Part shown: positions 29,054 to 38,398 of the stretch, piece after piece
How positions within the stretch are numbered: position 1 is the stretch's first letter
How the letters are laid out: each line of letters opens with the position of its first letter
Origin: Bacteroidales bacterium
GTDB lineage: Bacteria; Bacteroidota; Bacteroidia; Bacteroidales; Bacteroidaceae
Assembly: GCA_004555425.1 (NCBI GenBank)
Contig: SFID01000001.1
Location: 7,635 to 71,634 of the forward strand
Length of the DNA stretch: 64,000 bases
Direction: 5' to 3'
Position numbers and translations under genes: made by a program
The notes under the pieces: generated by a model
Told to the model about the DNA's origin: nothing
The model's input: the letters and a program-made list of their open reading frames with translations, nothing else
Database searches by the model: none

Positions 29054-29923
29054 ATGTTCCGTCAATTACTAATTCCCCTCTTGCTGTTAACCCTCAGCGC
29101 GTGCCGTTCCACTCGCTCGGTGACATCAGATACGCCCACTCCAATCACCGCCTCCAAAGGCACGACCGTGGCCGCCGAACAAGCGGCAGCCTACAAGGCA
29201 CGTGTGCTCAGTGCGGCCCAACGCACGGGCTGCCTGACGGCCAAGGTGAGATTCCAACTGACGGGCAATGCTGTCGGTTCGATGACCGACATAACCGTGA
29301 GCGGCACGCTGCGCATGAAGCGCGACGACGTGGTGCAACTCTCCCTGCGCGCTCTGGGCATAGAGGTGGGGCGCTTGGAGTTTTCGCCGCAGGACGTGCT
29401 TCTCATCGACCGCATGGGCAAGCGCTATGTGCGGGCAAAATACGGCGATGTGGCCTTCCTGCGACAGGCGGGACTTGACTTCCACGCCGTGCAAGCCCTC
29501 TTCTGGAACGAAATCTTCCTGCCCGGCACGCAGAATGCCGAGGCCGCACTGCCGCACTTTGACGTAGAGACGGCCAAGAACCAGACCCTCCTGCGCGCCG
29601 AGGGAGCAGGACGTTTGGCATACACCTTCCACACGCAGACTTCCAATGCCCGCGTGGCCCGTGTTGAGGTGCAGCCACAGCCAACGGGCAGTGCCGCACA
29701 GGGCTCCTTCGTATGGACCTACGACAAGTTTGGCCAAGTGGCAGGCAGCCTCTTCCCCGCACAAATGGCCTGCTCCGTGACCCTCGGCAGCAAGCAGGCG
29801 GGTTTCAATCTCGCCCTCAGCCATTTCGACACCGAAGACGGATGGGACGCACATACCTCCGTCAGTAGCAAATATAAGGAACAGAATGCCAATGCCCTGT
29901 TCCGCCAAATCCTTGGAATGTAA
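29054..29923 (+). CDS. DUF4292 family lipoprotein
   Basis: Lipobox LSAC, GTLRMKRDDVVQLS, GIEVGRLEF, LDF...QALFWN. Confidence 0.85.
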   Translation: MFRQLLIPLLLLTLSACRSTRSVTSDTPTPITASKGTTVAAEQAAAYKARVLSAAQRTGCLTAKVRFQLTGNAVGSMTDITVSGTLRMKRDDVVQLSLRALGIEVGRLEFSPQDVLLIDRMGKRYVRAKYGDVAFLRQAGLDFHAVQALFWNEIFLPGTQNAEAALPHFDVETAKNQTLLRAEGAGRLAYTFHTQTSNARVARVEVQPQPTGSAAQGSFVWTYDKFGQVAGSLFPAQMACSVTLGSKQAGFNLALSHFDTEDGWDAHTSVSSKYKEQNANALFRQILGM

Positions 29924-31363
29924 ATGATTCTCTCCCTCCACTCCTCCGCCCTTCGTAGATGGTCTGGCCGCATTGCCTTGCTGCTTGTCATCCTCTTGTT
30001 GTGTCCCTATGTGCCAGCCCAAAATAGCAAGAAGGTGAAGCAGATGCAGGCACAACGCAACGCGCTCCAGAAGAAAATCAATGAAGGCGAGCAACTGCTG
30101 AAGGCCAATCGGCGCGATGTGAGGTCGCAGATGAACAACCTGGCCATCCTAGATGCTCAAATCAACGACCACCAAAGCCTCATGAACGGCATCCAGACCG
30201 AGGCCGATTCGCTGCAAGGCAACATCGCCCAACTCAGTAACGACATCGCCGTGCTGCAATCGCAGTTGGAAAGGTGCAAGGCCAACTACCGCCGCGCCCT
30301 CACCTACGTTTCGCAAAACCTGGCCAAGCAGAGCCGATGGTCTTTCGTTTTGATGGCAAAGGACTTCCGCACCATGTATCGCCGCCTCCGCTATATGGTG
30401 GAGTTCTCCAAAAACCAGAAAGCCCACGGCGCAATTATCGCCCAGAAGGAGCGACAACTGCGACAGAAACAGCAAGACCTGCATCAGGCAAAGAGCGTGA
30501 AGGACTCCTTGCTCGTGGAAGGCCGTGCCACACGCGCCGCCCTCGATTCGAAAAAACAAGAACGCCAAGCCGTGGTGGACAACCTCAACCAGCAACAGCA
30601 ACAACTACAACAAAATATCGCCAAGCAGCGCAAAGAATATACAGCCCTCAATCAGCGCATTGATAAACTCATCCAGGATGAAATGGCTGCCGCAGAGGCA
30701 CGCCGCCGCGCAGAAGCACGCCGCCGCGAGGAAGCACGCCGCCGCGAAGCCCAAAAGAATGCACGGGCAAACGCACAAAAGAACCAGAAAAGCAAAGCCG
30801 CGAACACACAAACAGCCTCCACAAACGGAAAGTCCAAAACCAATAAGCAGACACCCTCGGCTGCATCCAGAAATAAGGCAAACACGAATAACGAAGCCGC
30901 GAGAAAATCCGCCCCTGTCACTCCCGACTACACCGATGCGGATGCAAAACTCTCCAGCAACTTTGCCGCCAACCGCGGTCGCCTGCCAGCACCCATCACT
31001 GGCGGTTTCAGCGTCACCAGTCGCTTCGGACAGTACAACGTACAGGGACTCTCGGGCGTGACGCTTGACAACAAGGGCGTGAACCTCACAGGCCGCAGCG
31101 GCGCACAGGCGCGCAGCATCTTCAACGGCGAGGTCAGTGCCGTGGTCAACCTGGGCGGCGCGTTTACGATTATCGTGCGCCACGGCGACTACTATTCCGT
31201 CTATTCCAACCTTGCCAGCGTGGGTGTGCACCGCGGACAGCAGGTGAGCACCAGACAAACCCTGGGAGCCGTGGCAGGCGATGGCAATGGCAATACGATG
31301 CTCCATTTCCAGTTGCGCCACAACACGCAGAAACTTAACCCGCTGAGTTGGTTCGCTCACTAA
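29924..31363 (+). CDS. envC: EnvC-like murein hydrolase activator (coiled coil + M23 domain)
   Basis: Long coiled coil; NRGRLPAP, IVRHGDYYSVYSNL, LHFQLR...LNP. Confidence 0.85.
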   Translation: MILSLHSSALRRWSGRIALLLVILLLCPYVPAQNSKKVKQMQAQRNALQKKINEGEQLLKANRRDVRSQMNNLAILDAQINDHQSLMNGIQTEADSLQGNIAQLSNDIAVLQSQLERCKANYRRALTYVSQNLAKQSRWSFVLMAKDFRTMYRRLRYMVEFSKNQKAHGAIIAQKERQLRQKQQDLHQAKSVKDSLLVEGRATRAALDSKKQERQAVVDNLNQQQQQLQQNIAKQRKEYTALNQRIDKLIQDEMAAAEARRRAEARRREEARRREAQKNARANAQKNQKSKAANTQTASTNGKSKTNKQTPSAASRNKANTNNEAARKSAPVTPDYTDADAKLSSNFAANRGRLPAPITGGFSVTSRFGQYNVQGLSGVTLDNKGVNLTGRSGAQARSIFNGEVSAVVNLGGAFTIIVRHGDYYSVYSNLASVGVHRGQQVSTRQTLGAVAGDGNGNTMLHFQLRHNTQKLNPLSWFAH

Positions 31364-31412
31364 TCCTGGCTGCTTACCTTTCAAATTGTTATTTCTCAAT
31401 CCCCAAAAAAAT

Positions 31413-32387
31413 ATGGAAACTTCCTATGTAAACGCCCCCATACCCGCGGGCATTGACTTGAAGTCGGAGATTCGCCGACTTTGCCAAGAGAAGAACGCCA
31501 TCATTATGGCCCATTATTATACCGAAGGAGCCGTGCAGGACATCGCTGACTTCGTGGGCGACAGTCTTGCCCTAGCGCAGCGCGCCGCCAAGACCGATGC
31601 CGACATCATCGTCATGTGTGGCGTGCACTTTATGGGCGAGACCAACAAAATACTCTGCCCGCAGAAGAAAGTGCTCATTCCCGACCTGAGTGCTACCTGC
31701 TCCTTGGCCGAAAGTTGTCCCGCCGATGCTTTCGCTGAATTTGTACATGCGCATCCCGACCACAAGGTAATCAGTTACGTCAACACTTCCGCCGCCGTCA
31801 AGGCTGTCACCGATGTGGTTGTCACGTCCAGCAACGCGCGCCAGATAGTGGAAAGTTTTCCGCAGGACCAGCCGCTCATCTTTGGGCCCGACCGCAACCT
31901 CGGTTCCTACCTGAATGCCATCACGGGTCGCGAGATGCTCTTGTGGGATGGAGCCTGCCATGTGCACGAACGCTTCTCCGTGGAGAAACTCGTGGCCCTC
32001 AAGCAGCAATATCCCGAGGCAAAGGTGCTCGTACATCCCGAGTGTCGCGGCGCCATCGTCAAGTTGGCCGATGTGGTGGGCTCCACCGCGCGCCTGTTGA
32101 ACTATGCCGTCAGCAGCGAAAGCGACACCTTCCTCGTTGTGACCGAGAGCGGCATCCTCCACGAGATGCAGCGACAAGCCCCGAACAAGCATTTCATTCC
32201 CGTGCCGCCCGACGATTCCACCTGTGCCTGCAACGAGTGCAACTTCATGCGCCTCATCACCCTCGAGAAGGTGTACAACACGCTGCGCTACGAGCAGCCC
32301 GAGGTGCAGGTGCCCGCCGAAATCACCGAGGCCGCACTCCGTCCCATCCAGGCTATGCTGGAGATTTCCGAGCGGCTGGGCCTGTAG
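31413..32387 (+). CDS. nadA: Quinolinate synthase
   Basis: AHYY, GDSL, CGVHFMGET, CSLA, YVN, CHVH, HPEC, C..M. Confidence 0.97.
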   Translation: METSYVNAPIPAGIDLKSEIRRLCQEKNAIIMAHYYTEGAVQDIADFVGDSLALAQRAAKTDADIIVMCGVHFMGETNKILCPQKKVLIPDLSATCSLAESCPADAFAEFVHAHPDHKVISYVNTSAAVKAVTDVVVTSSNARQIVESFPQDQPLIFGPDRNLGSYLNAITGREMLLWDGACHVHERFSVEKLVALKQQYPEAKVLVHPECRGAIVKLADVVGSTARLLNYAVSSESDTFLVVTESGILHEMQRQAPNKHFIPVPPDDSTCACNECNFMRLITLEKVYNTLRYEQPEVQVPAEITEAALRPIQAMLEISERLGL

Positions 32388-32412
32388 TCTTCCACCCTTC
32401 AAATCAGATGTT

Positions 32413-33369
32413 ATGCGCCGTAGCCATATTATTATAGGAGGAGTAGTCCTGCTGCTGTCCGTTGCCCTGCTGAGCGCAGCGGCATATCTTCTTCACTATG
32501 CCCTCCAGCCCGAGCGCGAAGCCGTGGGCGATACGTGGGCGAGGCTTTATCGCGAATATCCCGACACGCGCCCGTGGCACGACAGCCTTGTGCACTGCCA
32601 CGCCCTGCGCGATACGACCATCACGGCCAAGGACGGCACGCACCTGCACGCCTTCTATGTGCGCAATCCGCGCTCGCAGGGCCGCACTGCCGTTCTCGTG
32701 CATGGCTATACCGACAACGCGGTGCGCATGATGCACCTCGGAAGGATGTACGAACGCGACCTGGGCTACAACATCCTCTTGCCCGACCTCCGCTATGCAG
32801 GTACGAGCGGCGGTACGCACATTCAGATGGGCTGGCTCGACCGCCTCGACGTGCAGCAATGGGTAGCCCTGCTGCCTAGGCTCTTTCCCCTTGCAGATAC
32901 CTCTTCTGGCGACAGCCTGCGCGTCGTGGTCCATGGCATTTCGATGGGCGCGGCCACCACGATGATGCTCTCGGGCGAACCGCAACCGCCCTACGTTCGC
33001 GCCTTTGTGGAGGACTGTGGCTTTACGAGTGTGGAGGCGCAGTTTGAGAAGGAACTGAGCGAGCAGTTTCACCTACCCGCCTTCCCGCTGTTGCCTTTGG
33101 CTTCGTGGATGTGCGATGTGCGTTTCGGTTGGAACTTCACCGAGGCATCGGCCCTTGAGGCTGTGAAGCGTTGTCGCCGTCCGATGCTCTTCATCCACGG
33201 CACGGCCGACGACTATGTGCCCACCGAGATGGTGCATCCCCTCTACGCGGCCCATCCTGGTCCGAAGAAGTTGTGGCTTGCTCCCGAGGCTGCCCACGCC
33301 GAAGCCTACCACGACCATCCGCAAGCCTACCGAGACACCCTTTCCTGCTTCCTAAATACGTATCTCTAA
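32413..33369 (+). CDS. Alpha/beta hydrolase (membrane-anchored)
   Basis: VHGY, GISMG nucleophile elbow, EDCG, FIHG..DDYVP, H; start at MRRSH. Confidence 0.9.
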   Translation: MRRSHIIIGGVVLLLSVALLSAAAYLLHYALQPEREAVGDTWARLYREYPDTRPWHDSLVHCHALRDTTITAKDGTHLHAFYVRNPRSQGRTAVLVHGYTDNAVRMMHLGRMYERDLGYNILLPDLRYAGTSGGTHIQMGWLDRLDVQQWVALLPRLFPLADTSSGDSLRVVVHGISMGAATTMMLSGEPQPPYVRAFVEDCGFTSVEAQFEKELSEQFHLPAFPLLPLASWMCDVRFGWNFTEASALEAVKRCRRPMLFIHGTADDYVPTEMVHPLYAAHPGPKKLWLAPEAAHAEAYHDHPQAYRDTLSCFLNTYL

Positions 33370-33437
33370 CTTGAAATCACCTCTCGTCTGCCCTTTCCAG
33401 TTGTAGAGAAGGACAGAGCAGAATCAATCTTTTACTT

Positions 33438-34046
33438 ATGATGGACATCCATTACATTATTTCGCGTCTGGACTGGCAGCAGATGGTCAGCGCCTTTATC
33501 GTTCTCTTCGCCGTCATCGACGTGTTGGGCTCCACGCCTATCTTTATCAACCTCCAGGCGAACGGCCGCCCCGTCAGTGCGCCCAAGGCCACGCTTATTT
33601 CGGGCGGATTGCTTGTGGCGTTCTATTTTGCCGGCGATTTCCTTCTGCGCCTCTTCAACGTAGATATTGAATCCTTCGCCGTGGCAGGCTCGTTGGTCAT
33701 CTTTATGATGGCCCTTGAGATGATACTCGACGTGGAAATCTTCAAGAACACGGGTCCCATCAAAGAGGCCACTCTCGTGCCCGTTGTCTTCCCCCTGTTG
33801 GCGGGCCCTGGCTCGTTCACCACGTTGCTTTCCCTCCGTGCCGAATACGCCACGCCCAACATCATGATAGGTCTCTTCCTCAATCTCGTCTTCGTCTTTA
33901 TTGTTCTGCTGGCCACCAAGCGCGTAGAGGAAATTATCTCAAAGGCCGCCATCTACCTAATGCGTAAATTTTTCGGCATCATCCTCCTCGCCATCTCCGT
34001 CCGCCTCTTTACCTCCAATCTCCAGTCGCTCCTCGCCCATCTGTGA
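33438..34046 (+). CDS. MarC family membrane protein
   Basis: LFAVID..G..P, VP.VFPLLAGPG, RKFFGIILLAI. Confidence 0.92.
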   Translation: MMDIHYIISRLDWQQMVSAFIVLFAVIDVLGSTPIFINLQANGRPVSAPKATLISGGLLVAFYFAGDFLLRLFNVDIESFAVAGSLVIFMMALEMILDVEIFKNTGPIKEATLVPVVFPLLAGPGSFTTLLSLRAEYATPNIMIGLFLNLVFVFIVLLATKRVEEIISKAAIYLMRKFFGIILLAISVRLFTSNLQSLLAHL

Positions 34047-34095
34047 TGTGCAATTTCCGTTGATAGCGCTCTTACACGATATAGTCGTGCTACAC

Positions 34096-34138
34096 AAAAC
34101 AGGCAGGTCAACCCTAGCGGTTGGCCTGCCTGTTTACT
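34096..34138. terminator. Bidirectional terminator-like hairpin, direct repeat of 37217-37259
   Basis: AAACAGGCAGGTCAACC-CTAGC-GGTTGGCCTGCCTGTTT. Confidence 0.7.
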
Positions 34139-34278
34139 ATTTGTGGGGATGTGTCTGGCGAAGGGGCGACGGGGGCACTAGGCCTATTCCTTCATCGTGC
34201 GCTCGCCGCGCTGACGGGGTGGCCGCCCGTTGGCGAGGGCTTGCCCTTCTCCTAGAGATACATCGTGAATGTCTAGAC

Positions 34279-34446
34279 TTAGAATTCTGTGTCGCCCCAG
34301 ATGGGGTGCGTTGTTTGCTCTTCTTGGTCTTTCTTGTTGGTCCAGAAGTCGTTTGTGGTTTTGGTTGTTTTTGCAGACATGCTGGTGAGCAGGCTCTCCA
34401 TGACAATATCTACCACATAGTTGCGAGGTTGTATGTATTTTTTCAT
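34279..34446 (-). CDS. Small 55-aa protein (not in ORF track)
   Basis: Manual translation MKKYIQPRNYVVDIVMESLLTSMSAKTTKTTNDFWTNKKDQEEQTTHPIWGDTEF*; starts 30 nt after the upstream co-oriented gene. Confidence 0.65.
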   Translation of the reverse strand: MKKYIQPRNYVVDIVMESLLTSMSAKTTKTTNDFWTNKKDQEEQTTHPIWGDTEF

Positions 34447-34476
34447 GGTTACTGATAGCGTTTGAGGATTGGAACT

Positions 34477-36297
34477 TTATTTGATGAAGCATTTCTTGCC
34501 GTTGATGATGTAGAGGCCCTTATTGGCTTTCATCACGCGGCGGCCGCTGAGGTCATAGATTTCCTGCTTATTCGTGGTAGCGGAAATACTGTTGATGTCT
34601 GTCGTTGCGCCATCAAAGTTAAACGCCAGACCTTGCACGTTGCCACCTGCTAGGTAAATATATGCCTTGTAGGCAGGAATCTGAGTTCCGTTCGGACGAT
34701 AGAATCCTACTTTCGTCAGGTCACTCGCATCGCGGCCCAGCACGAGGTAGTTGCTCAGCGAGCCAGCGATATTTTGTCCTGTAGTCGTACCTGTCAGGTC
34801 GCCAAGCGCCAGTGTGCCAGCCTCATCCGAAATAGAGATTTCGGCCGTAGTGGCCCCTGTTTCGCTGATCAGAACCACACCTACATTTGCAGGAATGATT
34901 TTATCACCGGCCTCTGTCATTTCCAAACTGTTGTTATGGACAGTACCTGTATACACTTTGACATTGTCGGAAGTAACTACCACGGGATAATCCACATAGA
35001 AGGAAGCGTAGGATGTGCCGTTAACTGTGTTGAGGGTGATGTTAGGTAGGCTAGCTTGGCTGACGGTGAATGTGCTACCATTGTCAGATCCTGTTGTCCA
35101 ATATGCCATACGGAAATCAGTTCCACCATTTGCGCTGTTTTGCCAGCGACGATTTATCTTGTTGGCAGGAGTATTGTGTTGGCTTATTGCAAATCCGCCT
35201 GGTATCTCAGACTGATCTCCACCTACACCTTGTTCATAAACATCCCAAGTATCAGTGTATCCAGATTGGAGTGCATCCGCGCTAACATACGGGAAGGTGT
35301 TTTGTCCCTCAGTGCCTGTCATTGTTGTGGAAGAAATCAAGCGGCCATTAGTAAGGGCGCGGTTGTAAATCTTAAATCCGTCAAAAGGATTTCCCACAAA
35401 AGCCCACTGGTCGTTCTTGGCATACGTGAAGGTGTTGTCTCCCTGTTCAAGTGTAATATATTGGTTGGAGGGATTGTAGCGCACCACAGGAAGTTTACCA
35501 TTAGATGCCTTTGCCAATGTCATGAGATACCATTTCGCATTTTCTACAGTTGATGAAAAATTGAAAGGTCCATTCCAAGTCACGTTGATTTCCTTGGTTG
35601 TACCCTCATCTTCTGCACTGACAGTACCTTCGGGCTTTGTTCCCTGACAGAATGCGGGCCAGTCTATGTCGGGGAAATTTCTGCCTATTCCTGCGAGTAC
35701 CTCTTTTGAACTTTCGACACCATTGACGTTGAACTGATAAGTAATTAGTACTGCAGGCTCCACATCTCCTATTTCAAATACAATCTTACAATCGGCACTT
35801 CCTGGTGCATTTTCGTGCGTCCATGTCCATAAACTAGTCTCATTATCATGCTTATTTAGTGTACAGGCTTTTGATGAAGCACTAGTGCATGGACCTATCT
35901 GGTAAAATGCATTGTTTCTACCAGATTCGTTGAACAATGTCCATGTGTTGTTGGTATTTGAATTGCCATAGGACACATTATCTACAGAATTTGATGTTGT
36001 GTTTGTCAAATAAATCAGGTTGTTGGTGTCTCCTTTTTTGTAAATTTTGAAGCCATCAGTTGTATTACCTGTAATAGCGAATTGATCTGCATTGCCCTTG
36101 GTAGTAGTCAATTTCACATCATTACCATCAATGTAAAAGTACTTGCTTTGATCTGAGATTTTGATGTAATAGTACTGCGTACCTGGATTAAACATCCCAT
36201 CTGAAATGGTCGCGGGAGTAAAAGGCAAACTTTGAGCATTCATGATTCCTGCCAAAGCAAGCCATGCTAATAAAAGGATAGATGTAATTTTTCTCAT
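34477..36297 (-). CDS. Secreted T9SS cargo protein of unknown function, AT-rich
   Basis: Signal peptide; repeated WAFVGNPFDGFKIYN / FAITGNTTDGFKIY motifs; C-terminal IYDLSGRRV...KGLYIINGKK. Confidence 0.85.
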   Translation of the reverse strand: MRKITSILLLAWLALAGIMNAQSLPFTPATISDGMFNPGTQYYYIKISDQSKYFYIDGNDVKLTTTKGNADQFAITGNTTDGFKIYKKGDTNNLIYLTNTTSNSVDNVSYGNSNTNNTWTLFNESGRNNAFYQIGPCTSASSKACTLNKHDNETSLWTWTHENAPGSADCKIVFEIGDVEPAVLITYQFNVNGVESSKEVLAGIGRNFPDIDWPAFCQGTKPEGTVSAEDEGTTKEINVTWNGPFNFSSTVENAKWYLMTLAKASNGKLPVVRYNPSNQYITLEQGDNTFTYAKNDQWAFVGNPFDGFKIYNRALTNGRLISSTTMTGTEGQNTFPYVSADALQSGYTDTWDVYEQGVGGDQSEIPGGFAISQHNTPANKINRRWQNSANGGTDFRMAYWTTGSDNGSTFTVSQASLPNITLNTVNGTSYASFYVDYPVVVTSDNVKVYTGTVHNNSLEMTEAGDKIIPANVGVVLISETGATTAEISISDEAGTLALGDLTGTTTGQNIAGSLSNYLVLGRDASDLTKVGFYRPNGTQIPAYKAYIYLAGGNVQGLAFNFDGATTDINSISATTNKQEIYDLSGRRVMKANKGLYIINGKKCFIK

Positions 36298-36682
36298 AAT
36301 AAAATGATTTTATAATTGATTGAGTATTTCAGTTCTGAGGTACACGTTGTTAAGGTTGTTTCCAATATTGTTTTGTGGAATGTGAAGAGAAATGGAATTT
36401 TTGCAAAACTATAGAAATTTGGGAATATGCTATTACCCCCCCCCATTTTTAACATATAATTTTTGATAAGTGTGTTTGTTTTGCTATGTTTAGTTAGCAA
36501 AACAGATAGATTATAGTTGTGCTTGTAAATCTGTGAGCGGTAGATGATTAGAATCTGAATGATGACTATCCGCTAAACCATAGCGGGAAAAGTCCAATTT
36601 CTTGCAAGGCAGAAGTTGTTCTTTTCTTTTTGTATCTTCGGTACAAAAACGGGAATAGCGGATGATGGGACGAAAAGATAAA

Positions 36683-37211
36683 GTAACTACTCAGGTGGTT
36701 TATTGCTGGCTAGGGGCGCACAGACGGCATCATTCCACGCATATTTAGCACCCAGCCAAACTGATCTTTTCGGCAAAAAATCCACCTGAGTAGTTACGAT
36801 GCTTGGATGGTTTTACGGCTATCGCAAGCCAATGATAGGTTCTGCCTCTAGGAAATGCCGGTTTTCCAAGGCTTGTCCCCGTTTCGCTTCGGCATATAGC
36901 CAGCGACCCGCGCCCGCGGGTCGCGTGACCTGCGCCCGCGGGTCGCGTGACCTGCGGGCGCGGGTCGTGTGACCTGCGGGCGCGGGTCGCGTGACCCGCG
37001 GGCGCGGGTCGCTGGGAAAGTCCGAGAGAAAAACGGGAATCTCCGTTGCGGAAATGACACGTTCAGGTTTTGCAACCAACTTATGGCCGGAAAATTATAC
37101 CGTCTGTGCCCTACTGGGTGTTAATTATGGGTGGAATGATGCCGTCTGTGCGTCCCTTCGGGGCGCACCGTATAGAATTCCTAGCCAGCAAACAACCACC
37201 TGAGTAGTTAC
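36683..37211. mobile_element. Non-autonomous element bounded by GTAACTACTCAGG / CCTGAGTAGTTAC
   Basis: Terminal arms with long subterminal inverted similarity; flanks AAGATAAA / AAGAAAAA (7/8 direct repeat); internal extra arm at 36785 and 21-bp VNTR element. Confidence 0.6.
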
Positions 37212-37216
37212 AAGAA

Positions 37217-37259
37217 AAAACGGGCAGGTCAACCTTGGTGGTTGGCTTGCCCGTTTACT
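37217..37259. terminator. Terminator hairpin downstream of buk
   Basis: AAACGGGCAGGTCAACC-loop-GGTTGGCTTGCCCGTTT with A run on the left (U run on minus strand). Confidence 0.75.
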
Positions 37260-37284
37260 GTCTGATGGGATGATGCTTGGGAAA

Positions 37285-38382
37285 TCAGGTGTATTCCTTC
37301 ATCTCGCGCTCGCCGCGCCATACGGCTAGGCCGTTGAGGGCGAGGGCTTGCATTTCGTCCTCGCCGGGGTAGATGTGGACGGGGGCGAGGAAGTCGATGC
37401 GCTTGCGTAGTCGCGAGGTGATGTAGTCGCTGTAGGCGATGCCGCCTGTGAGGAGGATGGCGTCAATCTGGCCGTAGAGGACGGCACTGCAGCCTGCAAT
37501 GGTCTTGGCTGTCTGGTAAATCATGGCGTCGATGAGGAGTTCCACCTCCTTGTCACCGCGCTCGATGCGGCCGAGCAGTTCCTTGACATTTGTCGTGCCG
37601 AGGTGGGCCATCAGACCTGCCTTTCCCGAAATGCGCTTGAGGAGTTCCTCCTTCGTATATTTGCCGCTGTAGCACAGGTGGATGAGGCTGGCGGCGGGCA
37701 GGGTGCCGGCGCGCTCGGGGGAGAAGGGACCTTCGCCATCGAGGGCGTTGTTGGCATCAACGGCCAGCCCCTTGCGATGGACGGCCACGGAGATGCCACC
37801 GCCCAGGTGGCAGATGATGAGGTTGAGGTCTTCGTAGCGCTTGCCGTATTCGCGGGCAAAGCGGCGGGCGATGGCCTTCTGGTTGAGGGCGTGCCAGATG
37901 CAGATGCGCGGCATGAGGGGCGAACCGCTGATGCGCGCCACCTCGTCGAGTTCGTCAACCATGCCAGGGTCGGCAATCAGGGGAAGGCAACCTGGGATGC
38001 GCTGTGCCAGTTCGTAGGCAATGATGCAGCCGAGGTTGCAGGCGTGTTTGCGGATGGCGTGGTAGGTGTCTTCGCACATCTTCTTGTTGACACGATAGAC
38101 GCCGCCCGTCACGGGACGGGCCAAACCTCCGCGGCCCATAATGATGTCAAACTGCATGGGGATGCCTAGGTATTCCAATTCCTTGACAACGAGTTCGCGG
38201 CGAAATTCGCGCTGGTCGGTAATCTTCTCGAACTGGGCCAGTTCCTCGGCCGAATGGTGGATGTTGCGCAGCATGATAGGCTTCTCGTCCTCGAAGACGG
38301 CTATTTTGGTGGACGTGGAACCTGGATTGATGACTAGAATATTGATGCCCGTGCGGCGATGGGGTTCTTGTTTGGTATGCAT
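37285..38382 (-). CDS. buk: Butyrate kinase
   Basis: INPGSTSTKIA, GRGG, HALNQKA, HLGGGIS, GPFSPERAG, LTGGIA, PGEDE. Confidence 0.96.
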   Translation of the reverse strand: MHTKQEPHRRTGINILVINPGSTSTKIAVFEDEKPIMLRNIHHSAEELAQFEKITDQREFRRELVVKELEYLGIPMQFDIIMGRGGLARPVTGGVYRVNKKMCEDTYHAIRKHACNLGCIIAYELAQRIPGCLPLIADPGMVDELDEVARISGSPLMPRICIWHALNQKAIARRFAREYGKRYEDLNLIICHLGGGISVAVHRKGLAVDANNALDGEGPFSPERAGTLPAASLIHLCYSGKYTKEELLKRISGKAGLMAHLGTTNVKELLGRIERGDKEVELLIDAMIYQTAKTIAGCSAVLYGQIDAILLTGGIAYSDYITSRLRKRIDFLAPVHIYPGEDEMQALALNGLAVWRGEREMKEYT

Positions 38383-38398
38383 AGCAGGAATGAGGGGG

